From NCBI RefSeq assembly GCF_009914755.1, contig NC_060940.1: a stretch of DNA of 64,000 bases; one strand, written 5' to 3'. A program made the position numbers and the translations under genes. A model generated the notes under the pieces. That model made no database searches, had not been told where the DNA came from, and worked only from the letters and a program-made list of their open reading frames with translations. Of this stretch, positions 25,846 through 41,320 are shown piece after piece; positions within the stretch are counted from its first letter, which is position 1, and each line of letters starts with the position of its first letter. This DNA is from the human T2T-CHM13v2.0 reference genome, Homo sapiens.

Positions 25846-27386
25846 AACTTCTGCTTTCAGCCAAGATGGAGTAGCAAGTTTCAGATTTGCTCTTGTTCCT
25901 GAAACAACCAAAAATACACAAAATAAGTGAAACATTAGTTTTCTAGACATGACAATTTAGGCAATGAAGAGGAATAACCTTTCAGAAATGGGAATCAAAT
26001 GAAGGGAGCCCTATGAGTGCCCCATCTTATTACCTTGAGAGATTTTCCAGTTTATGGCACAGAAAGGGGAAACTCAGGTAGACTCTCGAGTTCAGAAGGC
26101 AGAGTTCAAAGTTGGGAGAGAAAAAGGCAGTTAGAGTTTGCAGGATGGTACACTGGAGAAGAGAATGCTGCACAGGGGGATAACTCTAGAGGTCTACGGA
26201 AGGATTCCCTCAAGTATTCAGAAAAGAACTGATAAATACCTATGTGTCAGGAAACTGACCAGGGCTAGGGATAGAACCATCCGAAATGATTGTAAGGAAT
26301 AGCACTCCATACTCACATAGGGCTGGAAATAGTGCTTGTTTCCATTAGCCATAAGGGAAAACCTAAAGATTCATGAGGCATTGGGTAGAATACACAGAAG
26401 GGTCTTGACTCAGTTGTGTGGAATAATTTGCTGTAGATTGGACATTGTTCTGGTTCTGCCTAATGAATCTTAAAAGCAAGACCCTGAAGGATCAAACTGT
26501 TTCTGCATAACTGAACTGTATCCAAAACAAAGCTCAAGAATATTTTTAGGAATTAAAAAATCCAGCATACACAAAAGTGAAATCCACAATGCTTGGCATT
26601 CAATAAAATATTACTATGCATGAAAAAAAGCATTAAAATATCTCCCATAATAAGGAGAAAAATCAGGCAAATAAAATTGACCAAAACTGACACAGAAGTT
26701 AGAATTAGCGGACATTAGTTAATATTTAATAATTAGTATGGACATATTTTAAAAGTTAAGTAGTGATATGCAATAGAAAAAATGATCCAAATTGAACTTC
26801 TAAGTCTCATAGTACAATATGTGAGATAAAAAATACACTGCATAAGATCAATGGTATATTAGATACTGCAGAAGAAAGGATTAGTGACTTGAAGACATAG
26901 CAATAGAATCTATCTGAGCTGAAATACACAGAAAAAAGGCAACAAGAACAAAAACAAACAGAGCATCAGTGAACTGCGGGACAACTTTATGTGACCTCTT
27001 ATATGTAGAGTACTCAAAGGAGAGGAGAGAGAAGTATGGATAAAAACTTTGAAAAGTAATGGCTAAAATATTTCCCAAATTTGATAAAAACTATAAACCC
27101 ACGGATTCAAGAAATTCCACAAAATTGAAGCACAGGAAACATGAAGAAATCCATAACAAGGCAGATCATAATCAAACTACTCAAAACTGGTTGTAAAAAG
27201 AAAGTCTTAAAAGCAGCCAGAGGGGAGAGAAAAAGAGTCTTGGTATACACAGATAAAGACAATGGTGACAGAAGATTTCTTGTTGGAAACAATGCAAATG
27301 GGAAGATAGTGGAGCAATATTTTTTAAAAGCAAAGGAAAAAACATATCAACTTAGAATTCTATACCCAGAAAAAATATCTTTCAAA
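25846..27386 (+). mobile_element. L1M 5' UTR plus ORF1 fragment (3'-truncated)
   Basis: Begins acttctgctttcagccaagatggag (L1M 5' end). ORF 27141..27410 (ITRQIIIKLLKTGCKKKVLKAARGE...QLRILYPEKISFK) is L1 ORF1p-like. Confidence 0.8.
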
Positions 27387-27387
27387 G

Positions 27388-29020
<1,633 letters not shown>

Positions 29021-29149
29021 TTGTACCTAAATTGGTACACCTTCTCTGCCCAACTCTCCTAAACACCTTCCCTTCTATATTTCTTCACTGTGGGGTTCTA
29101 TTTTCCCTTTCATGGATCTGATCCTAATTAGTGATTGTTTTATATTTCC

Positions 29150-29178
29150 GTGTGTGTGTGTGTATGTGTGTGTGTGTG
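29150..29178. repeat. (TG)n microsatellite
   Basis: Direct reading. Confidence 0.9.
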
Positions 29179-30399
29179 GTCCTGCTCCTTCGAAATGTGA
29201 AGTTTGTGCGGACAGGATGCTTTGAAGGATACCTGCATTGTTTACTGCTGTGCCCATGGTACCTGGCACATGACAGGCATTCATAGTTCCCGTGGGCCTC
29301 TCTTTCTGAGGGGACACTTAGAAGAAGGGAGGTGGCAGGATGAGCTACAACACCCATTGCTCCATTGATCTCAGGACCACAAATGGTACCCATCTTCTTC
29401 CTCTTCCACTACCTTTCCTAAATTCCTCCCACCTTCTCCAGGTCTTGATGACTTGTTGGTGGTGTGATACCTGTTAAATGAATGTTCAATAAATGGTGGG
29501 AAAATTGAGGAAGCACACATTAAACATATAACAATGCTTTGAAAAAACCCAAGTGCTCTACTTTCCAGAAGTGCCCACTCAGTGATCTGGTAGTATTTCC
29601 AGCCTCAATCACCAAGGCTCTCCCTGTGGCTGTTTGGAGCATGGGCCCAGGCCCCAGCATGGGGAGGCACCAGCTGGGAGGATGCTGAAGCCTCCTGGCT
29701 GCATTTCACCAGAGGCCAGATACACATTCATAAGGTTGAGATGATGAGCCATCCTCTTGCTGGAGTGGGTACTTTAGGAACATTACCCCTTGAAAAGCAT
29801 CTCTCTGGGATAAATGCTGAACAGGGTGTTTATCTTCAGAATGCGAAATGTATGAAGTGCTGTAATTAAACCAGCAGGGGTGGGGATGGAGCACTAGCTC
29901 CAAACAGTTTCTTTGAAGATGAAAGTCATTAGATTTCAATGAAAATCTAGGATGCAGCATCCCACTGACACAAGAATATTTAACCTACATCCTAGAGCAG
30001 GGCAAGCAATTGATAGTATGATTGATAATAACTTGATTGCAGTAATTGCGAAGGGGAATTTGAAAATGGTTAGATTAGCAAGAAGCAGGCAATGAGTTGA
30101 TGGGATCTTTGTGGAGCCAAATTTTCCTAGAATGTTGAATGTTGAAGTTTCTCCACGTTCTTTTTTTTTTTTCAGCCAGGAGAATCCTGAAATCTCTGTA
30201 AATAAGCAATCCAGGAGCCAGAGAATCATGGGATCTCATATAAACAAATCATCAAGGAAAAACACAGCCAGAGTCTCCATTTGGTAAACCTCCGTGACTG
30301 GGGATCCCCGGCCACCCAGAAAGCAGTATTGCCTGCCATGCATGTCATCACTGATTTTTACTGCTGCAGCAGACTCCGTCAGACCTGCCTGCTGCTTCA

Positions 30400-30820
30400 G
30401 CGAATTGTTCAGTGCACACCACCAGCTACCTGCTGTAAGCATTCACACTCCTCTACCTGCCTGGCAGCATTTCTCAGCTGAACACAGGCCAGGCCAGAAG
30501 TGCCAGGGATTTAATGCCCTTAGAAGTAGCTCTCTACCAATGACAAATGGAGCTGGTGGATACATTCTCAGCTTCCTCCCCTCTCAGGTGGAACAGCCCT
30601 GAGATGTGCTCTATGCAATCTCCCACAAGTCCCCAGCAGGCTCAAGCTCCCATTGTCCAACCCTGGTAACCTGCTCATTGACACCCCTGTCTTGCCTTCC
30701 CTTCCTGGCCTCACTTTCTCACTCTCTTACTGTTGCCTCCTGAGATCGCATCCAAAATAAATGACCTGCACCCAGATCTGTGTCTCACAGTCTGCCTCTG
30801 GGGGAACTCAAAGTAAGATA
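30400..30820 (+). mobile_element. LTR16-family (ERVL) LTR
   Basis: accaatgacaaatggagctggtggatac...aagctcccattgtcc...aaataaatgacctgcacccagatc...ggggaactcaaagtaagata. Confidence 0.7.
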
Positions 30821-31233
30821 ACTGTCGAGTGTTTTCAAGGGTGAGATGCAAACCATGGACAAATGGTTCAGCTGGGGCACTGAAAGGGCTGCCAACTGCA
30901 GTACCAGGCCTTACCTCCTGACCTGTGCATGGCCATGGGAGGGTGGGGATGCGTGAGGAAGTTATCTCCTGACTTGCATCACTGCAGAGGGCTGGAAGTG
31001 CCGGATACTGTGGTTAGGCACCAGGGGAGGCCCTCAGGGTTTCAAGGCAGTGGTAATGAACCAATAAGCACAGAATTATTTCAATATTTTGTCTGATGGA
31101 GCTATGCCAATGATTGCTGTTTATCAATTCTGAATATATTTGAAATTTATAAAAATTATTTCAGTCACTTCTGGGGTCAGGGAAGTAATAGAAGTGAATG
31201 AAGCAGGCTAAGTGTAAGAAAAATCAAGCAGCT

Positions 31234-31475
31234 GACCCAGTGTGGTGACTTACGCCTGTAATCCCAGCACTTTGGGAGGCCTAGGCAGGTGGATCACTTG
31301 AGGTCAGGAGGTTGAGACCAGCCTGGCCAACACGGCAAAACCCCGTCTCTACTAAAAGTACAAAAATTATCTGGGCATGGTCGTGGGCGCCTATAATCCC
31401 AGCAGTGAACCAAGATCGTTCCACTGCACTCCAGCCTGGCTGACAAAGCAAGAGTCTGTCAAAAATAAATAAATA

Positions 31476-31514
<39 letters not shown>

Positions 31515-31612
31515 GAGGGAGGGCAGGCAGGCAGGCAGGCAGGCAGGAAGGAAGGGAAAGAGAGAAAGAAATAAGAGGAAAGAAAGAAACAAAGAAAGAA
31601 AGAAAGAAAGAA
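31234..31612 (+). mobile_element. AluS with right-arm deletion and tail expanded into (GAAA)n(GGCA)n
   Basis: Right arm jumps from aatcccagc to agtgaaccaag; purine-rich tail at 31461-31612. Confidence 0.88.
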
Positions 31613-31669
31613 ATCATGCACCCACATGGACACATGGATATTTATTTTTCCATTTGATTGACGGGGTAG

Positions 31670-32290
<621 letters not shown>

Positions 32291-32909
32291 GTCTTAAAGA
32301 GTGGATTTGAATTCAAAATTGCCTCCCATTAACTGGCATCCCCCACTGGGTGGTGTTGCTGACCTTGCCTCTGTCTCTACCCTCCTCTCACTGAGCTTCC
32401 TCCTAAGTTGCTTGCATCTGATCCCTTGCACTTTTGTATGTGGAGACACAGAATGCAAAGGGCTGAAGCCCGGCTGGGACCTGCCTTCCTTGGTTATCTG
32501 TTCCTAACCAGATATACTGCAGGACCTCTCTGCACATGGAGAGAGTTATGTCAAGGAGGCCTGAGTGGGGACTTCCTGAAAATGATGCTGCTGAGGGAGG
32601 AGGCGCTGAAGATGGGTCTGGATTCATGGTTGAGGGAGCTATGGAGTTTAGCTTGGAGAAGACTCTGTGTGTGTGCATTATGTGTGTGCAGGTGTGTATA
32701 TGCATGTGTGTGTGTGCCTGTGTATGTGGTGGTGGAGGCGGAAGAGTGGCAGAGGAAAGCAGGCAGATAGCTGAGAGTTACCTTCATATGTCTAAAAGGA
32801 GAAGAAGGCACCTTTCTTCCTACAACTCAAAACTAAGATTAAAAGTAGAAGAGAGAAGGTCAAGCTTGCTGGTTTTTGTTTTCTTTTTTTCCCATTGCAC
32901 AAATTCTCA

Positions 32910-33442
32910 AAAGCTTAGTTGAGAGTGACAGATTTGCAACTCAGGCTGACCTAAGCAGTAAAGGGAGATTACTGGTTTATGTTACGACAGGGGAAGATGG
33001 ACTTCAGGGATTGCTGGATACAGGTGCTCAATTATATTAGCATTTTCTCTCTCTCTCCCTCAGTCCCTTCATCTCTCTGCTCTATTTTCCTCTGGACCAG
33101 CTCCATTTTCAGGCAGGTTCTCCCCTTTTGGTGATAAGACAGCTGCAAGTATCTCTGGATACATATCATCACAACTTTTATTGCTTCCCTAATGGCTCAA
33201 GAAGTCTCAGGTAAATCTACCCATAAGTCAATCCTAGAGCTAGGGGGAATGGAATGTGCCGGTCAGGTGGGCTTAGAGCATGCACCCATCCCTGGAGCTA
33301 GTGGAGGTGGGCTTAGCTCCACCAAACTACATGAATTGAGAATAGGGAGGGATGGTTTGGAAAGGAAAACCAGAATGCCTTTGCCAGAGGAAGAAGAAGA
33401 AGGCATGGCCAATAGTATGGTAGAAACCACCAAAATCTACTA
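32910..33442 (-). mobile_element. Old MaLR LTR (MLT1J/K-like)
   Basis: gttgagagtgacaga...gctgacctaagcagtaaagggagatttactgg...acttcaggga.tgctggatacagg. Confidence 0.6.
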
Positions 33443-33702
33443 GATCCATCATGAAAAATCAAGTGACATTACAGAAACCCTGAAAGAGGAGAGACAAAAA
33501 TATTCATCTCTAACCTTATCACTGGAACTCAACTATAGGTAATATTTTAAATTGAATTTTGCCCCCCAACACCTTTACACTTCTAATTTATTTTAAATTT
33601 ATGTGTAAACATAGTAACACACATTTGCTATCTTGCTTGTTTTCCAACCCCGAGTCTTTTTTTCCCGAGTTGCTAGAGATTCCTCATTGACATCATTCTT
33701 TA

Positions 33703-33986
33703 CTTATTTAGAGGCAAGGTCTTACTCTGTCACCCAGGCTAATGTGCAGTGGCACAATCACAACTCACTGCAGCCTCAAATTCCAAGTGACCCTCCTGCC
33801 TCAGTCTCCCAAATATCTGGGACTACGGGCGTGTGCCACCACACCCAGTTAATTTTTCTATTTTTTATATAGGTGGGGTCTAGTTATGTTGCCCAGGCTG
33901 GTCTCAAACTCCTAGCATCAAGAGATCCTCCCACCTTGGCCTCCTAAAGGGCTGGGATAACAGGCATGAGCCACCACACCCAGCTG
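33703..33986 (-). mobile_element. AluJ
   Basis: Diverged antisense Alu. Confidence 0.88.
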
Positions 33987-35248
33987 GCTTTTCTATTTTT
34001 GAATGGTTCTCATATAAATGCCTACATAGTGTCCTTGATTTTGCCTCTTGACTTGAAAAGCTGGAAAATATTTATTATCTGGATCTTTACAGGAAAAGTT
34101 TTCAGATCCCTGGCTTGGAAAAACACCAGATAAGAGATTCGTCTCCTGAAATGGGCAATGTGTTTATGATCACTAGGGAGAAATAAATATTCCTCCTTTT
34201 TAGGGGAGAAACAATGAAATAACCATCATTCTTAATGAATGAAGGTGGCAACCTCCCAGGCACTGGAGGGGTACTCCTGGGTCTGCACAGCCTCTTGTCA
34301 GGGAGGCTATGGAGGGAGGAATCCCGTCATGAGTGGGAGGCTGGAACCCAGGACTTCTGAGGATTTGGTGATGTGACTCCAAGTCTGTGACCTCCTTTCT
34401 CTGGTCACCATAGAGGGAGGGCTTGGGAGAATGGCTTTGGCCAAACGGGGCAGATGCTGCTCCAGTCCTCACCCTCTCCTGGAGTTTGACTCCAAGGCCT
34501 GGAGGGGGCCAGGTGTTTGCAGGGCTCAGTGGCCGGCCAGCACTTTGAGGAACTGCTACCTGCTGACAGCATCTCAGTTGAGAGGCCTCCCAGATCTCGT
34601 GCTCCACCACTTCACGAAACAGGAAACTCCGAGGCCTGTGGAAAGAGCTTGCTCTTTGGGAAAACTGAACACCCAGCTCAATGAGGAGCCACCATCAGGA
34701 ACTTTGGAGATTTAGCCTAAACTCAGAGGTAGCTACTTTGATAGCTTGGTGATTTGAGGAATAATGTTACAAGCTTTGTGGATCAAACGTCTCACAATAC
34801 CTTGCAATTTTTTTAGGAGAGGCAGATGGCTGCAATGAACCTCAAAAGGTCAACCAGTCCAGGAATGATAAGTCATCTCATGTGTTAATTCTGATTAGGT
34901 GCACGGTGTTAAGAGAGATTCTGAGGCTGCATTCTGGTTCAGGGGAAATTAGATTGACTAGTAATGTCTGCCATGGTCTTTGGATGCTAAAGTGATGGTG
35001 TGCATGTCAAGAACTTGGTATTCTTGGTATAGTTTAAACTGTGTTCCTTGCCCAGAGTCACTGCTCCTTTCTCTGCTCTATTATTTCTAGATTCTCCATC
35101 CACCCATCCCTTTAATGATGCAGTTTTGTGTACCTTTATGCACTAAGTGCCAGGACATAGTAAGGAATAAAACACATACCAGTTCTCAAACAGCTCAAGG
35201 GTCCCATCAAGGCTTTTGAGAATCTGCACATTAAAGCTTCACTCCCTG

Positions 35249-35530
35249 GGCTGGACAAGGTGGTTTATTCCTGTAAATCCAACACTTTGGGAGGCTAAGG
35301 TGGGAGGATCGCTTCAGCCCAAGAGTTCAAGACCAGCCTGGGCAAGATAGTGATATATTATCTCTACAAAAAATAAAACAATTAGCCAGGTGTGGTGGGG
35401 CACGCCTGTGGTCCCAGCTACTCAGGAGGTTGAGACAGCAAGATTGCTTGAGCCCAGGAGGTCAAGGCTGCAGTGAGCCATGATCACACATGCACTCCAG
35501 CCTGGGTGACAGAGCAAGACCTTATCTCAT
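35249..35530 (+). mobile_element. AluJ
   Basis: Sense Alu with J-type features (ggaggatcgctt.agccca; ggtcaaggctgcagtgagccatgatc). Confidence 0.9.
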
Positions 35531-36570
35531 ATATATACACCTCACACCCAGGAAGCCAGCAGGGAGGAGGAGAACTCAACCCTCAGGCAATGGAGATGAG
35601 GTCTCCAGAAACTCAGCAACGTGGGGTGATAATTTAGTGAACTTACCAAAAACTTATTTGGAAAGCATGATGATGGCAGATATTTGTGAGCCCCGGAAGC
35701 ACAGGAGGGTCCCTGCTTCGGTTAGACTGGAACTTCCTTTCTCTGAGGAGTGACAGGTGGGGCTGCCGTAGGGTGGAGGGCCTGATTTCTTCATCCTATT
35801 TCATCCAGTCATCCCCCATTTGGCAGTAGAGCTTACACTGTCTTTGGTATAGAGTAGGTTAGAGCCTTGACAGTTCCAGCAGCTTCCGCTTATGAGAACT
35901 AAAGAACTTTAAGGGAAGCACAACGTCAACCCTGTACATGCAGCGGTCCACCAGGCTAGCCTAGCTGGACCAACCGACTGCCCAGCCTTCTGCATCACAT
36001 CACATCACATCACATCAGCCCACTCACATCAGCTTAGAGATATACAGAACCTCTCCCAGCCTCAGTTCCCCTCTCTGTCACAGGGAGGCTGGGGAGGCCT
36101 CCCTCATAAGGCGAGTGAGAGGATGCAGGAAGACCTGGATTTATCCAAGAGCCAGGCCCTCCTGGCCCTCGCCCCCCTCCCCATTTTCTGCCGCCCTTGC
36201 CTGTGGTTTCCGTTTGGGGGGATTATCAGAGGAACCCAGTCTCAAAGTTAATTCTCTTAATGAATTGTAAATAACCAGGCCAGTATGGAAAATGCTAACG
36301 ATCCCCTTTGAAATTCTAAGCATGTCTGGCTCCAGTTTACAGGCAATCCTCTGAAGAGGCTTGGGGTTGATGCTGTCACTGTCTTAGGAGGGGCGTGTGG
36401 AGCTCTAGCTGGCGTGGCCCAGTGGGGCCCAGCAATGCCAGACAAGGCCGGGGCTTTGAAGAGCTCTGCTCAGTGCCCTGCAGGGGTGCGTGTCCATGGC
36501 TGTAGGGCAAAGATGCTGGGGTCGTCTGCATGGCCAGCCCACCCTGACCTTCCCCCTAACCCCCTACTCT

Positions 36571-37380
36571 TTTAAAAATAATTTTAGCTTTTATTTTAGA
36601 TTTAAGGGGTACATGTGCAGGCTTATTACATGAATATATTATGTGATGCTACGGTTTGGGTATAATTGAATCTGTCACCCAGGAAGTGAGTATAGTCCCC
36701 ATCAGTTAGTTTTGCAGACTTTGCCCCTCTCATTCTCTCCCCCATCTACTAGTCCCCAGTGTCTACTGTTGCCATCTTTATGCCCATGAGTACCCAGTGT
36801 TTAGCTTTCACTTATCAGTGAGAACATGCAATATCTGGTTTTCTGTTCCCACATTAATTCACTTAGGATAATGGCCTCAAGCTGCATCCATGTTGCTGCA
36901 AAGGATATGATATTGTTCTTTATTATGGCTGCATAGTATTCCATGGTGTATATGTACCACATTTTCTTTATCTGATTGACCATTGATGGATACCTGTGTT
37001 GGTTCCACGTCTTCGCTGTTGTGAATAGCACTGCAATGAACATATGAGTGCATGTGTCTTTTTGACAGGACGATTTATTTTCCTTTGTGTATATACCCAG
37101 TAATGGGATTGCTGGGTCGAATGGTAGTTCCATGTTTTTTTTTTTTGCTCTTATTAAGAATATATCATAGTAAATTTTTGAGTTTCTTTTGTATCTTGAT
37201 GTTGGTATGATAAAAGGACATAGCAATGTCAGTATTGATGAATGATAGTTCTGTTTTAAGGTCTTTGAGAAATCTCCAAACAGGTTTCCACAGTAGCTGA
37301 ACTAATTTACATTCCCATCAACAGGGTATAAGAGTTCGCTTTTCACTGCAGCTTCACCAGCATCTGTTGTTTTTTGACTC
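36571..37380 (-). mobile_element. L1PA/PB 3' end (older primate L1), 5'-truncated, carrying a small nested insertion
   Basis: Minus ORF 36801..37226 contains ELPFDPAIPLLGIY...MWYIYTMEYYAAI...WMQLEAIILSEL (ORF2p C-terminus); L1P 3' UTR at 36571-36800. Confidence 0.92.
37135..37239 (-). other. Short non-repeat poly(A)-tailed retro-insertion with TSD inside the L1
   Basis: T12 at 37135-37146; flanking direct repeats gaatggtagttc(ca)tgtttt (from 37119) and gaatgatagttctgtttt (37240-37257). Confidence 0.7.
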
Positions 37381-37579
37381 TTTAAAGATAGGTAGGCCCC
37401 CACTCTTTTCCAGCTATGTCACCCCCCATTTTGTTGTCATCCCTCTCTTTCCCATCAGCCTGTGAAGCCAGAGATAGGGCTGACTTTGGTCTTGAGTTTG
37501 CCATTAATTGGCCTGTGAACTTAGGCAGGTCATTTTCTCTCTCCGGAGCTTCAGTTTCTTCATCTGTATAAGAAACTAG

Positions 37580-37868
37580 ACCAAGGGTTGCAAACTTAAA
37601 AGCCTCAGAGCTGGGCAGGTAATGCAGATTGATGAGAGCAGGCTGTGGGCCAGCTGCCACTCAGTGAGAGCTGATGGCTACCAGGTGAAAATGCCGACCC
37701 AACATCATCAGTTCTGATTTTTTAAAAGAGAAATTGTAATTTTTATGCAAAATCTCCTCATTGAAAAATACTGGCAACTAATGTTTAAGCATTTAAACAC
37801 TACATAGGTCAAGCAGAACCTGGGTGTGCACTGATTACTGTCTGCGGATCTCCAGTTTGAGACTCTGG
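37580..37868. mobile_element. MER103/MER102-like hAT MITE
   Basis: caagggttgcaaact...ctccagtttgagactctg termini. Confidence 0.55.
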
Positions 37869-38006
37869 CCTTGCAGCCCTGCCTGTCAAAGGTCTTCGGA
37901 TTTATTTTTAGGGCTGAGGCCCTCGCTCTGCCCTCACAACCCCAGGTACCCCCAGCTCTATTCCTCCTGCTTGGAGCACTGTACTAGTTGTGAGATTTTT
38001 TGGTGG

Positions 38007-38314
38007 TTTTTTTTGAGACAGGGTCTGGCTCTGTTGCCCAGGCTGGAGTGCAGTGGCACAATCTCTCCACTCACTGCAACCTCCACCTCCCAGGCTCAAG
38101 CAATTCTCCCACCTTGGCATCTCGAGTAGCTGGGACTATAGGCTCATGCCACCACGCCCGGCTAATTTTTTTTTTTTTTTTTTTGTATTTTTCATATAGA
38201 CAGGTTTCGCCATGCTGCCCAGGCTGGTCTCTAACTCCGTAGCTCAAGGGATCTGCCTGTCTTGCCTCAGGCTCTCAAAGTGCTGGGATTACAGGTGTGA
38301 GCCACTGTGCCCGG
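38007..38314 (-). mobile_element. Alu (J/Sx)
   Basis: Full antisense Alu. Confidence 0.9.
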
Positions 38315-39334
38315 CTGGTCTTAGATATTTGGTTTCTACTTTCGCATCCTCTTGAATTCAGGTGTAGTCATGTGACTTACTTTGACCATTAACGGGAACA
38401 GATGTAACATGTGCCACATAGAAACAGAAGCATGGAGAACTAGCAGAAGCGACCTCATGCTCTATTTCCCTCTGCCACAGGGCCTAGGATTGTTCCAGGT
38501 GCTGGCAACCCATCCACCGGGCTCCCAGAGGACAACAATGCAAAGCAGAGCCCATTTTGCCTTGCAAGGGACACATAGAGTGAATGAGAGTTCATGTATG
38601 TTTGTTATTGCAGCATAACTGATCCTATCCTGTTACCATTTTCCTCTTACCCATAGCTGTTGGGTTCATGGCTGGTCTTCTAGAGGCCAGAGAGACAGCT
38701 GGACAGTAGCAGCAGATGGCAATGGCAGCCCTCAATTTGATTTGTTTTTTTCTCTGCTGTGTCTCCAGTGTGTGGCCCAGGGCTTGGCACATAGCAGGTG
38801 CTCAATAAACATTTGTTAAATGAATAAATGTATTGGCATGTAGGAGGGTTTCAGCCATCTGGTTGGGTGGCCATGAAGGCCAAGGGAGGCTGCAATCAAC
38901 TGTTGTGTATGGGTGGAGCTTGGCTGGGTCTCTGACAGTCTTTTCTTGGTTTTCAATATCTCCCAAAGTTCTGGAGGAAGTCAGGCCCAGCCTTCAGGGT
39001 TCATGCTCCTAAACCCTAGGCTATGGGCAGACTGGAAAGGTCCGTGCATGTGATTCTAGGGCAAGCTCTGTTCTTTGCATGCCATGAGGCCCAGGGCAAA
39101 TCCCTTGTTCCTTCTCTTCTCTGCTTCCTCATCCCAACCTCCACTCATTTGAGTGCTGCCTTCACAACTACTGTCACAGTTGTGTGTCACCTTAATGAGA
39201 ATTGACTTAATGCTTTTTATTTCTTTCCTTACATGCTTTATTTACATCCTAAGCAACATTTCTAATATGTATTAAAATAAATCTATAGCTGGGCAAAACT
39301 TAACATCATTCTTGAATCATTTGTCTCCTTTTCA

Positions 39335-39621
39335 TTTTTTTTTTTGTTTAGGAACAGAGTCTTGCTCTGTTGCCCAGGCTGGAGTGTAGTGGTGTGATCA
39401 CTGCTCACTGCAGCCTTGAACTCCTAGGCCCAAGCAATCCTTCCAACTCAGCCTCCTGAGCAGCTGGGATTACAGGCATGCACCACCATGCCCAGCTAGT
39501 TTTTAAATTTTTTGTAGAGACAGGGTCTTGCTATGTTGCTCAGGCTGATCTTGAACTACTGAGCTCAAAGGGTCCTCCTGCCTCAAGCTGGGATTACAGG
39601 CGTGAGTCAAAGTGCTTGGCC
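39335..39621 (-). mobile_element. AluJ
   Basis: Antisense Alu with poly-T. Confidence 0.9.
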
Positions 39622-39739
39622 CATTTTTCTGCCTCTTATGCCATATTAGATTTCAATGTTCTGTCAACACAGCCTCAAAAACATGTCCCTGCTCTCCGGC
39701 TGCTGTCATTCTCTGCCCTGCTGCTGGGCACCCTTAAGT

Positions 39740-40350
39740 TCCCTAACTCCAGCCACACTGGCCTGCCCTATGCCCCTGAAACTTGCCAAGCTCCTTCCTG
39801 CTGTGCCGTCTTTGCACAGCTCTTTTCTCTGCCAGTAATGCCCTTTCCCCAAGTCTTCTCCTGGCCGGATCCTTGGCATTATTTAGGTTTCGGTTTAAGT
39901 GCCACCTCCTCACAGAGGTCTGCCCTGATCTTGCCGTCTAAAGTAGCTTTAGAATACCCATCTCACCTCCTTATTTTATTTGTTCATTGCCTTTATCACT
40001 GCCAGCTATTTTCTTGCCCATTTATAGGTTAATTGTCTCTTTCCACTAGAACAGGATTTCTCAACCTCAGCTCTATTGACATTTGGAGCCAGATTATTCT
40101 TTGTTTTGGGGGATTGTCCTGTTTGGCAGCTTCCTCCAACACATTCTCTACCTCCAGAAGCCAGCAGCACCCCCTCCATGGTTGTGACAATCAAAAATGT
40201 CTCCTGCAGGGGTGTGGGCAAAATCATGCCTGGGTGTCAAGAATCACTGCTGTAGAATGTGAATGTCACCAAGACAATGATCTCCCTTGTTCAGCTCTGC
40301 ACCCCCCACGCCCAGGACACTGTACAGTAAGTAATAGTGGAACTGAATAA
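39740..40350 (+). mobile_element. L2 3' region interrupted by MER20 (about 40052-40250)
   Basis: L2 (ctccagccacactggcct...ttccactaga) resumes after the MER20 (tctcaacctcagctctattgacatttggagccagattattctttg...gagaatcactg-like end). Confidence 0.7.
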
Positions 40351-40579
40351 ATTGGTGAAAGAATCATTAAAATGGAGGGAAATAACTTGAGTAGCACCTG
40401 AAGTAATGTCGATGCCCTCAAGGGTCTGCAAGTCACGTTAGGGGAAATGCAGAGAGTGTCACCTCTAAGGTCACGTCCAGCTTAAAGAACAACTCTGAAA
40501 TTCTCCCAGACCGAAGGTCTCCATGGAGGCCGGGGCAAGCCTGAGAGGGCTGGCTCTAAGCATCCTGATGGGCTGTCAG

Positions 40580-41320
40580 TTTTTAATGCAAAACTGAAAG
40601 AAAAGTTTGCAGCCACGACAGGGCACAATCTGAAGAAGATAAATCACAGTTACTTGCGGCCGGCTGACAGCAGTTTAAGCCGCTGCAATCATCGGGCTCC
40701 AAGGGAGAAGCTTCTTTTATCTTACTAAATGCAAAAAGTAGAGCTGAAATTGGCAATATCGTGGCCCTCTCAGCGGCTGGGCTTTTTACATAAATATCAG
40801 CAAGCAGTAAGTAAATTCTGTTGACGAAATGTAATAAAACAAAGACTGTTTCAAATATGATCATTCCCTGATGTATTCTGAAGCCTCGTCCCACTCACTT
40901 ATTGCACGCTGCTGAGATTATAAGGTTTGCTTTTATCTGTCAGAAATCAGTATTTCAAACATCGGATAAAAGAGGAAATTGAACTGGGAATAGGCTGAAG
41001 TGCTGTAAAAACTACAAAGCACAATTATCAAAAAGCACTTAAAGTGCTTAATAGGACACACATATAAAAATGCTCAAATTAATGTCAGGGAGCCATAATG
41101 AGAACTTTTCCTATGCTTTTTCATCTCCATGCAGAGTAATTTGAAGGCTGGCCAGTCCATCAATATGGTTTTCAATTTCTATGATGCCCCGAGGACCCTG
41201 ATCTCTGCATTTGTTAGAAATGAGCCATTACATATGATTGGTTAATATTTCAGTTTATTGAAGATACATTATTTTGTATGGAGTGTTTAAGTTGTTGAGG
41301 TTTAACCATTACAAACAGTT
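40580..41320. promoter_or_regulatory. Candidate conserved developmental enhancer
   Basis: No recognisable repeat; retained CpGs; GATA (40637, 40717, 40933), MEIS TGACAG (40665, and 40937 on minus), GTAATAAAA (40831), SOX AACAAAG (40838); palindrome at 41033-41049. Confidence 0.45.

Noticed and set aside
36801-37226. 141 aa ORF as a gene
   Set aside because: L1 ORF2p C-terminal remnant fused by chance to the nested insertion
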